From assembly GCA_028279805.1 (NCBI GenBank), contig JANQMZ010000007.1, forward strand, positions 420,001 to 452,000: a stretch of 32,000 bases of DNA. The letters are read 5' to 3'. A program made the translations under genes and the position numbers. Shown one piece after another: positions 16,389 through 23,853 of the stretch. A model generated the notes under the pieces. That model saw nothing but the letters and a program-made list of their open reading frames with translations. It did not search any database and had not been told where the DNA came from. The first letter of the stretch is position 1; each line of letters opens with the position of its first letter. Origin of the DNA: an archaeon. GTDB taxonomy: Archaea; Iainarchaeota; Iainarchaeia; Iainarchaeales; JANQMZ01.

Positions 16389-16798
16389 TTAATCCAAAGG
16401 CTTTCTATATTTTTCAATATCTGTGGACATTTTATTATTAAATCTAACATGCTTTGTTAGTGTGTGCTTAAATTTATCAATATCTGATTTTTTAAAAATT
16501 GCTAACTTTGGCTTTTTAGTCTCTGTGTTAAAATGAATAACATACAAATGTGTTGGACGGAACTTTAGACCTGAGGGGGTTTCAATAAATTCATATATAT
16601 ACGCATCAGGAATTCCTTTGTCCGATTCTGAAGTTTTAACCTCAATTAATCTAGGATCTTCTTTTTTTTTAAATCAACACTTATTATATCCATTCCTGAA
16701 TATTTTCTATTGCTCTGAACATCTGTTGGGAATCGACCATTAGCTGTTTCATATTTAATAACAATATCAATTCCTTTTTGTGCTAAATTTTTAGTCAT
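16389..16798 (-). pseudogene. DUF3883-like PD-(D/E)xK nuclease gene interrupted by a -1 frameshift in an A9 homopolymer (T9 on the plus strand, 16662-16670)
   Basis: Own translation. From ATG 16798: MTKNLAQKGIDIVIKYETANGRFPTDVQSNRKYSGMDIISVDLKKK, then a stop after 48 codons. Adding one A restores ...EDPRLIEVKTSESDKGIPDAYIYEFIETPSGLKFRPTHLYVIHFNTETKKPKLAIFKKSDIDKFKHTLTKHVRFNNKMSTDIEKYRKPLD, with the stop at 16389. The span is 410 nt, which is 137 codons minus 1 nt. G-x-DI...IEVK is the DUF3883/restriction-endonuclease-like signature. Confidence 0.65.
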
Positions 16799-16835
16799 TT
16801 TTTACTCACTTTCCAATTAATTTTTTTATCACAAA

Positions 16836-19472
16836 CTATTTTTCAACCTGCTCAACCATACTCCTCCAAAGCACTTCATCTTTCTTATTTTCAATCAAAT
16901 CTTCTAAGAATGTTTCCGGATTGTTTTTCCATTGCAAAAATTGGTTTATTTTGGTTGAGGCTGTTGTGAACGCTGATTGGGATGGCTGTCTGTCATCCAG
17001 TTTTGATGAAATTGTGCCGTCATTGATTCTTTTTCTTAAACCAATGTAGCCGATGGCTACTTTTATTTTATCCAAGGGAATGTTTTTTGATTGAGATAAC
17101 ATTCTTTTGTATAATTCTAATTGTTGCCTGTGATTGGATGAATAATCAGCACTTTTATCTGTTTTCCAGTCCACTATTAGATATTCTTCTCCGTTGGAAA
17201 AAACACTGTCAATTTTTCCGGTAAAATTAATTTCATCTTTTGTGTCAACAATTTTTGAAATTGATAAGGTTATTGTGGTTTCAACTTCTTCAACATTTGG
17301 ATAAGTTTTTTTAATTTCTTTAATGAACATCTGAACATTTTTAATAAATGGTTCAGTTTCTTTGGTTTTTTCAAATTTTTGGTTTTTTAAAATTTTTTCA
17401 GCAGCATTATGAACATCTGAGCCAAGAGTTGAAGCTTTAAACGGAATTGTTTGAATTTTTAAAATCCTGTTAACAAAATAATCATAAGAACTTTTAGGCA
17501 AAGCACTATAAGAAAGGCGATTAACGCCGGCAAAATGTTTTTTAACAAAATCTTTTAACCAGGGTTTACTATTTTCTAATTCTTGCCGGGCTTCTTTGAA
17601 TTGTTTATTTACAAATAAATTAAATGCTCTTTTTTGCAATTCGTTAAAGCTTTCAGGTGATTCTGTTTCAAATTGTAATTCTTGTTTTTCTGAAAAATCA
17701 TTCAAAAAATCAGCTGGTTTGCCAGTTAAAATGTAAAGATTTTTTTTGGCTCTGGTAAATGCAACAAAGTTTGAACGCAGTGTTTCTTCTTCCAGTTCTT
17801 CTTCTGCGTTAATTTTTTTGGATTTTAAAATTGCTTCAACAACAGCATCCTGAAAACTTGCACTATTTGAAGATTTTGAAGGAGCAAAAATAACTGTTTC
17901 AAATTCTTTTCCTTTTGCTTTATGAATTGTTGTTAGAATGATTTTTTGTTCAATGTCTGATTCATTTGCAAAAAGGTCAGCTGATTCTAAATAAGCAGTA
18001 AAATTGGCTAAATCCTTGTTTTCTAATAAGGAAATGGCTTCATTGCAGGAACTTTGAACATTCTGGGCAGCCAGCAAATATTCTTCTCCATAAGTTAAAG
18101 CAACCGGTATGATTTTTTCTTTAAATAACAAATTGATATCCTCAATGCTTGAAATTGATTCTCTTAATTGTTTGAATTCCGAGCTTTTTGCAAAAATATC
18201 ATTCAATGTTAAATTATAGTTTGAGGATAATTCAAATGCTTCATGCAAGGAAATGGGAAAAAAGCTGGTAAACATTGCGTTTTTAACAAATTCAATGTTG
18301 TTTGAAAAAATTCCTCGCAGAAAAGTAATAATGTTGTTTTTTGCTTCATTTGAAGCTGAAAAATAAGTGGAAGAATGTTCAATGTTGTGTTTTTCAAATT
18401 CTTTTGAAATTTCCCTTATTTGATTATTTGTTCTGGCAATGACAGCCACTTGGTTTGAATTTTTTAACAATTTTTGAGTTAATGCTCTAATTGCCTGGTT
18501 TTGATTATCCTGCACATCAAAAATAACCGGTTTTGGTCCTTTTTCTGCTGTTTTGTTTTCAAGGTTTTCTAATGCTTTGATATATTGTTCTTCTTTTGTT
18601 TTTTTAGAAAAATCTTCTTTTGCAAAATTTAAAATTTCGTTTGAACTTCTAAAATTTTCAGTTAAAACAAATTCTTTTGAGTTGTTGAATTTTTCAAAAT
18701 TTAAAATGGAGCCTCCTTGAAAACCAAAAATAGCCTGCTTTTGGTCTCCAACCGCAACAAAGTTTTCACAGGATTTCAAGGCAATATCAGCTTCCAGTTT
18801 GTTTACATCCTGCAGTTCGTCAACTAGAACATATTTGAATTTTTTAACATTGTCTAATTCCAAAAATTTTATTAGCAAATCATTGTAATCAAATCCCTTG
18901 TTTGCCTTAATTGTTTCATAATGCTGAAAAATTTTAACAAATTCTTCAAGAAATTGTTCAAGTTCTTCTTTTGAATAATTTTTAAAATCTTCCAAAAAAG
19001 TTTTTGAATCTTGCAAATCAATTGAATCGGGCATGACGCCAAAACTTTTCAAATACCTAATCAGGCTTTCTATTTTTGGAACAATTGTATTAATCAAATA
19101 TTCATCGCCGTAGTTTAAAACTTCATTTTGTTTCAAATAATCATAAATTGAATAACGCAAAAGATTTGAGGAAATAATATTATCATTGTCAATGTTGTCC
19201 AATGCAAACGAATGAAAGGTAAAAACCTGCAATTTTCCCAAATCAATTTCAACTTTTTCATCATTTAAAATTTTAATAATTCGGTTTTCCATTTCAGCAC
19301 GGGCTTTATTGGTAAAAGTCAGGCACAAAATTTCTTCCGGTTTCAAGCCTTTTTTGATTAAATCCACATATTTAAACGCTAATAAGAGGGTTTTGCCGGT
19401 GCCTGGGTTAGCAATAATCAAAGCATTTCCATCATGCTTAATAATTTCTTGCTTTTCTTTATTTGGTTTCAT
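16836..19472 (-). CDS. UvrD/PcrA-type SF1 helicase fused to a C-terminal RecB-family PD-(D/E)xK nuclease
   Basis: 878-aa ORF. Helicase motifs: ANPGTGKT, VDELQD, GDQKQAIFGFQGG, ENFRSS, TIHKAKGKEFETVIF, FTRAKKNLYI. C-terminal nuclease motifs: GKIDSVF, LIVDWKTDK, QQLELYKRML. There is no Cys cluster, so it is not Cas4/AddB-like in the Fe-S sense. Confidence 0.85.
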   Translation of the reverse strand: MKPNKEKQEIIKHDGNALIIANPGTGKTLLLAFKYVDLIKKGLKPEEILCLTFTNKARAEMENRIIKILNDEKVEIDLGKLQVFTFHSFALDNIDNDNIISSNLLRYSIYDYLKQNEVLNYGDEYLINTIVPKIESLIRYLKSFGVMPDSIDLQDSKTFLEDFKNYSKEELEQFLEEFVKIFQHYETIKANKGFDYNDLLIKFLELDNVKKFKYVLVDELQDVNKLEADIALKSCENFVAVGDQKQAIFGFQGGSILNFEKFNNSKEFVLTENFRSSNEILNFAKEDFSKKTKEEQYIKALENLENKTAEKGPKPVIFDVQDNQNQAIRALTQKLLKNSNQVAVIARTNNQIREISKEFEKHNIEHSSTYFSASNEAKNNIITFLRGIFSNNIEFVKNAMFTSFFPISLHEAFELSSNYNLTLNDIFAKSSEFKQLRESISSIEDINLLFKEKIIPVALTYGEEYLLAAQNVQSSCNEAISLLENKDLANFTAYLESADLFANESDIEQKIILTTIHKAKGKEFETVIFAPSKSSNSASFQDAVVEAILKSKKINAEEELEEETLRSNFVAFTRAKKNLYILTGKPADFLNDFSEKQELQFETESPESFNELQKRAFNLFVNKQFKEARQELENSKPWLKDFVKKHFAGVNRLSYSALPKSSYDYFVNRILKIQTIPFKASTLGSDVHNAAEKILKNQKFEKTKETEPFIKNVQMFIKEIKKTYPNVEEVETTITLSISKIVDTKDEINFTGKIDSVFSNGEEYLIVDWKTDKSADYSSNHRQQLELYKRMLSQSKNIPLDKIKVAIGYIGLRKRINDGTISSKLDDRQPSQSAFTTASTKINQFLQWKNNPETFLEDLIENKKDEVLWRSMVEQVEK

Positions 19473-19479
19473 TTGAAAA

Positions 19480-21204
19480 TCACGATGGTTTTGTCAGCTC
19501 TGCTATTTTTTCTATAATTAGATCTGCTCTTTGTTCGATAAAAGCATCAAAATTATCTTTCCAAATGGCAGAATTTTTCTCATAAGGAGGAATTAGATTT
19601 GACTTTAGGTCTTCTTCATAATGCTTATTCTTTTGTTTTACTTTTTTTTCAAAATAAGATGAAGGATTGTCATTCCCGATTATTTGATTGGATTTTTTTG
19701 GCAGAAAACAGATATTAACAACACAATCTACTTTATCTTTGTTAGAATTTATAACCGCATTAGATTTTTTGGGAAAAATGTGATGGAGTTCGCTTTTTTT
19801 AGGATTTATGAAAGAATCATAAATTGGAATCTCAGTGTGATTTGTGATGTCAAATGGTTTTTGACTAGCCATTAAACATAGAAGTGATCTGCAAAAACCA
19901 CTATTCAAATTTAATTTTTCGCTTAACAATGCCTCTCTATCACTAAAATCTTTTTCAAGTTTAAAGTTAAAATCAGATGCTTTAGTTAGAAATTTTTTGA
20001 AAAGGTTACAATCATTTTTTATTTCTTCATTAGTTGCCCCCAAGTAATCTGCATTAAACGATTTTGTCCAAAACCAATTTTCAATAGCTTTTTTTATGTT
20101 ATCAGATTGTGGATTGTCTTCTAACAAATAAAAGAAATATGCTAGGGAAACTATCATTGGAGAATATGGTAATATTTTTGGAGAAGCAACTCCAAGTTTG
20201 TTTGTTAAAAAAAGTATTGCTTCTTTAAGAGAATTTGATGCTTTATCCCAGTTGTCTTCAAGATCTTTTGACTTTAGTTTAAATAAATCGGATTCCTTGC
20301 ACGCTCCAAATCTAATTAAAGATATTAGTCTTATAATTGAAGTTTCATCCAAATCATCATAATTTAGCTTACCCAATCCTGTTGTTTCATCATATAATTG
20401 TTCTAAATTGTCTCTCAAATAAAAATCATCAGTGAAAGTGTTAGCTGTTATTAAATCAATAGTTGAAAGTTTCTTTCCACGCATGTTTACTCTGGTAAAT
20501 AATTCACACACTTCTTCTATTGGGACATTTTGTAAACTTATTATGGACAAAGAGTAATTTGAACTTAATCTTTCATTCACTTCATGATATAATGTTGCAA
20601 TAGATTTGTCCATATCTCTTAGTTTTAGAAGTAAATCCATGTCCGGTTTTATTAACTTACCCACTTCAACAAAATATTCCTTTTCTTCAGGATTTTGTTT
20701 TTGAATTTTTTGGAATTCTTTTTCAGTAAAAAATAAGTCAATATCTTTCTTTTTTTCTAAATCCTCCTCTTCAATTTCCTTTTTAGCTGCTTTTAGAGAA
20801 AAATATATTGTGAAATCAATTGGGTTTTTTCTATTTTGAGGTGTTTTTTTGCCGCCCAAACTAGAAACGATCAAAGAAGTTAATCTTTGTTGTCCATCTA
20901 AAACATAGTTGAAAAAAGAACCAGTACGGTCTTGACTAATTGATCTTACAAATTCAAAATTATCAACAATTTGCCGGTTATCAGGAAGTTTTTGTTCGCT
21001 TTCCCAAATTATAAGGCTGCCTATAGGATAATGCTTATATATGCTGTCCCAAAGAGCTTTGATGTCTTTTGGATCCCAAACAAAATGCCTTTGGAATTTA
21101 GGAATAGTGTAATCATATTCAACTTTTGAATTATTATCAGGATTATCTGGAATCATTTCAGAAAGTTTTCTTGAAAACACTGTTATCTTGCGTTTTTTAT
21201 ACAT
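19480..21204 (-). CDS. DUF262 (ParB-like NTPase) plus DUF1524 (His-Me finger nuclease) protein, GmrSD/BrxU/SspE-type architecture
   Basis: N-terminal IPKFQRHFVWDPKDIKALWDSI and DGQQRLTSL. C-terminal ELHHIFPKKS...NICFLPKKSNQIIGN. The track starts at TTG 21222; I prefer ATG 21204 (MYKKRK), preceded by AGGATGTGA. It lies 4 nt after the upstream stop. Confidence 0.8.
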   Translation of the reverse strand: MYKKRKITVFSRKLSEMIPDNPDNNSKVEYDYTIPKFQRHFVWDPKDIKALWDSIYKHYPIGSLIIWESEQKLPDNRQIVDNFEFVRSISQDRTGSFFNYVLDGQQRLTSLIVSSLGGKKTPQNRKNPIDFTIYFSLKAAKKEIEEEDLEKKKDIDLFFTEKEFQKIQKQNPEEKEYFVEVGKLIKPDMDLLLKLRDMDKSIATLYHEVNERLSSNYSLSIISLQNVPIEEVCELFTRVNMRGKKLSTIDLITANTFTDDFYLRDNLEQLYDETTGLGKLNYDDLDETSIIRLISLIRFGACKESDLFKLKSKDLEDNWDKASNSLKEAILFLTNKLGVASPKILPYSPMIVSLAYFFYLLEDNPQSDNIKKAIENWFWTKSFNADYLGATNEEIKNDCNLFKKFLTKASDFNFKLEKDFSDREALLSEKLNLNSGFCRSLLCLMASQKPFDITNHTEIPIYDSFINPKKSELHHIFPKKSNAVINSNKDKVDCVVNICFLPKKSNQIIGNDNPSSYFEKKVKQKNKHYEEDLKSNLIPPYEKNSAIWKDNFDAFIEQRADLIIEKIAELTKPS

Positions 21205-21208
21205 CAAT

Positions 21209-21799
21209 TCACATCCTTGCAATTTTTCCTGCGTCGGTTAGCTTTAATCCGTCTTTTTCTTCCAGGAGGCCTTTGTGTTTTAATTCTTTTACGTTCCGAT
21301 AAAGCATTGCACGGCTTTGTTTCAAGATTCCTGCTAATTTTGACAGATTTGGTGTTGATTCAATGTTTTCCAGTATTTGCAGTTGTGATTCGCTTAAATC
21401 AAATGACAATATTGGCAAGGTTATTATTTGGTTTTCATCAGCAGGGCAATAATAAATGTTTTTGATTTTCTTAGACCGGGAATAAGAGCCAAATAATAAT
21501 CCTAATGCTTGTGTTTTTTTGCTTGGTGTGATGTTTACAAAAATTTCATCGTCTTTTGGAAGAACATCAATAATGTTGACGCATTCTTTTGCAATTTTAA
21601 CAATGTCATACAATTCAATTTTTCTTTGCTTTACTTCAAGAACATTTCCAAAGCTTTCAACAATTGAATCAATTGTTTTTTGTTGGGTTTTATTAGGCTT
21701 TTTGTCCACAAGCAAAAAAATCCTGTCAATTCCAAGCTTTGTTGTAAGCAAGACAATTGAATCGCTTGAATAAGTTGTTGTTATTAGTACCTTAGCCAT
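21209..21799 (-). CDS. Csa3-like regulator: N-terminal CARF-like Rossmann domain plus C-terminal winged HTH
   Basis: 196 aa from ATG 21799 (AGAGG upstream). Alternating strand/helix segments (KVLITTTYSSDSIVLL, RIFLLVD, EIFVNITPSKKTQALGLLFG, IKNIYYCP) align by eye with the Sulfolobus Csa3 N-domain. The C-terminal LSESQLQILENIES...NLSKLAGILKQSRAMLYRNVKELKHKGLLEEKDG is a MarR/Csa3-type wHTH. Confidence 0.55.
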   Translation of the reverse strand: MAKVLITTTYSSDSIVLLTTKLGIDRIFLLVDKKPNKTQQKTIDSIVESFGNVLEVKQRKIELYDIVKIAKECVNIIDVLPKDDEIFVNITPSKKTQALGLLFGSYSRSKKIKNIYYCPADENQIITLPILSFDLSESQLQILENIESTPNLSKLAGILKQSRAMLYRNVKELKHKGLLEEKDGLKLTDAGKIARM

Positions 21800-21885
21800 T
21801 TGAAGCCTCTTTATAATAAAAACAGCCAAAATTTAAATAGTTTACTAATAATGCAATTATTGTAATGAAAAAGAGAATTGTATAC

Positions 21886-21904
21886 TATAAACGATACGTT
21901 TATA
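21886..21904. promoter_or_regulatory. 19-bp palindrome TATAAACG-ATA-CGTTTATA in the divergent promoter region
   Basis: Read directly from the sequence: perfect 8-bp arms with a 3-nt spacer. It overlaps the TATA-like box about 25 nt upstream of ATG 21927 (plus) and lies about 90 nt upstream of ATG 21799 (minus). Confidence 0.55.
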
Positions 21905-21926
21905 TATTTTCTTGTGTTATATTTAA

Positions 21927-22385
21927 ATGTTCGGGAATTTGTGGAAAAGAATGAAACCTAGCAGAAAAGTTTGGGAAAAAATGAAAAAGCTTGTTGAATG
22001 GGGGGGTTTTAAAGAAATGAAATTAAGCAAAGAAAAAGAGGAAGAGGTTGATACTTTGATTGAATGGAATGCGATTATGTTTAGTAATCCAGCAGGCGTT
22101 GTGAAAATAAATGACATGATGGAGAAAGCGCCTGCAAAAACAACTGACATGGATTTGTTTGTTCTTGCAAAAATTTTTGAAACAATGGAAGAGGAATTAA
22201 TTTATTCAAAAAACTTGGTGTCCAAACTGATTGGCCTTGGAAGCAAAACAAAGCTTTCAAAAAAGCTTGAAAAACAAGCTGGTAATTTCAAAAAAAAATA
22301 CATGCAAAGCATAATTGGAGATGCAAACACAAATAAATATTTGAGAAAATACTTTGAGTTCCGGCTTCAGAACAATTTGTTGTGA
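21927..22385 (+). CDS. hypothetical protein
   Basis: 152-aa ORF, apparently leaderless (TATA-like TTTATATAT about 25 nt upstream). No family recognised. Confidence 0.5.
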   Translation: MFGNLWKRMKPSRKVWEKMKKLVEWGGFKEMKLSKEKEEEVDTLIEWNAIMFSNPAGVVKINDMMEKAPAKTTDMDLFVLAKIFETMEEELIYSKNLVSKLIGLGSKTKLSKKLEKQAGNFKKKYMQSIIGDANTNKYLRKYFEFRLQNNLL

Positions 22386-22395
22386 TGGTGTTAAA

Positions 22396-22560
22396 ATGAA
22401 TGAAAATGGTTTGAATCAGCAGTTTAAGTCAAAGAAAACATTGAAAGCATTCAAAGAACTGGTTAAAAAATACAACTTGTACGAAGCAAAAATAAGCGAA
22501 TTGAGCGAATGTGACTTGGCGATTCTTCAAGTGATTAAAAGGCACAGTGAGAATATATGA
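22396..22560 (+). CDS. 54-aa hypothetical protein
   Basis: The track ORF 22354-22560 overlaps the previous gene. I trimmed it to ATG 22396 (MNENGLNQQF...). Its stop overlaps the next start (ATGA at 22557). Confidence 0.4.
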   Translation: MNENGLNQQFKSKKTLKAFKELVKKYNLYEAKISELSECDLAILQVIKRHSENI

Positions 22561-23306
22561 AAAAACTTTCAAAAAAAATTTTGAGAATTATGCTGTTAAT
22601 AATAGTGACAACTTCTGGCTGCTTGGAGGCAGAAACGATGGTTCCGGAAAAAGCCAAAAAACTTCTTCCCAAATTTGCTGATGAAATTGCAAAGTTGCCT
22701 AAAATAGATCCATCCTCCCTGGAAAGTTATGAGGGATTTAAAGGATCTCTTAATTCGGTTAATTCCATAATTATGATTCTGAACAGGGAGGGGGGATTAG
22801 AGTTGGAAGAGCTTGATATCAAATTTGAAACCTATAGAAAAATTTCTCGTGTTGCAACAGAATATGGACCACTTATAGACAATTACAATGAAGTTGTCCT
22901 AACAGCAAAAGAATTTGAGGAAGGAAACTCTGAAAAAGAATATGCCTTTTACATGGCAATAGGAAAATTTGGAGTTGAAGCTTTTTTAATAGTGACCATA
23001 GCTTACTACGGAGTTGCTTATACCACAACAGGATATTTGTACAGGGCTTCAGGATTAAATCGGCTTGCTTTTACACACCCTACAATTATATCTATAGTGC
23101 TTAACAAAACGCATTGGGCAATCCGCGGCGGATTAAGTGAAAAAAGTTCAGAATTTGCCGAAATCACTATTGAAACTGGAAAGCAATTTGCAGATTCTCC
23201 GGGCAAAAAATTAGAGGAAATTAAGGGCGACATAAAAAACATTTTTGATAATACCACAAACTGGGTAGGATGGCAACTTGGACAAACAATAAGGCAGAAT
23301 GGTTAA
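22557..23306 (+). CDS. membrane lipoprotein-like hypothetical protein
   Basis: 249-aa ORF with a signal sequence and lipobox-like TTSGC, then a soluble region, then two hydrophobic helices (FGVEAFLIVTIAYYGVAYTTTGYLY, LAFTHPTIISIVL). Confidence 0.5.
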   Translation: MKKLSKKILRIMLLIIVTTSGCLEAETMVPEKAKKLLPKFADEIAKLPKIDPSSLESYEGFKGSLNSVNSIIMILNREGGLELEELDIKFETYRKISRVATEYGPLIDNYNEVVLTAKEFEEGNSEKEYAFYMAIGKFGVEAFLIVTIAYYGVAYTTTGYLYRASGLNRLAFTHPTIISIVLNKTHWAIRGGLSEKSSEFAEITIETGKQFADSPGKKLEEIKGDIKNIFDNTTNWVGWQLGQTIRQNG

Positions 23307-23415
23307 ACGAATCAAGCTTGTCTTACACAAATTATTGGACACTGATTCAACGGAAATCTACTCCAAGTTGCCTTATATGTTCTTTGTTCCTGTTTTAACA
23401 AAAGGAGGTGAAAAA

Positions 23416-23766
23416 ATGCATCATGTTGGAAAAGTTTTACAGGTTTTAAGCCATAAAAATTCAAAAGTAACTTCATCAGACAATACGACACAAGCGGTTG
23501 TTGAAATGTGGGATGGGCCTAGATTTATTTTTGACGTTGAGCAAAAAATAGAAAACAAAATAAAAGAATCAGATTTTGTTATAGTTGATTATACTCCGCA
23601 AAAAAATCACGCACCAAAACACTATATTATAAAAATTTTGGATAAAAAAATAGGCGAAAAAACATGGAAATCATTCAAGGAATTTATAAAACAACAAGAA
23701 GAAATAGCTAGAAAAAGAATGCCACAAAAAGAGCCAGAAATAGCAAGCAAAATACACTACACCTAA
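23416..23766 (+). CDS. 116-aa hypothetical protein
   Basis: The track ORF starts at 23299. A strong AAAGGAGGTGA sits 5 nt before ATG 23416 (MHHVGKVLQVL...), which supports the shorter form. Confidence 0.5.
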   Translation: MHHVGKVLQVLSHKNSKVTSSDNTTQAVVEMWDGPRFIFDVEQKIENKIKESDFVIVDYTPQKNHAPKHYIIKILDKKIGEKTWKSFKEFIKQQEEIARKRMPQKEPEIASKIHYT

Positions 23767-23853
23767 AACCAATATTAAAAAAGGCAATTTCCATTGTTTT
23801 GCAATTTCACACTCATAAACCGTTAAATACTTGTTTTGCGTTCTTATTCAAGC

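Noticed and set aside
16662-16670. Treating the A9/T9 tract as proof of phase variation
   Set aside because: A single assembled sequence cannot distinguish slipped-strand switching from a homopolymer sequencing error or plain decay. I report it as a frameshifted gene with all three alternatives.
10371-23766. tRNA-Asp-targeted integrative element explaining the defence island
   Set aside because: No integrase, recombinase or transposase ORF is present, and no duplicate of the tRNA 3' half is visible at either island edge. The housekeeping gene uppP also lies between the tRNA and the island. I kept this only as a note inside the island finding.
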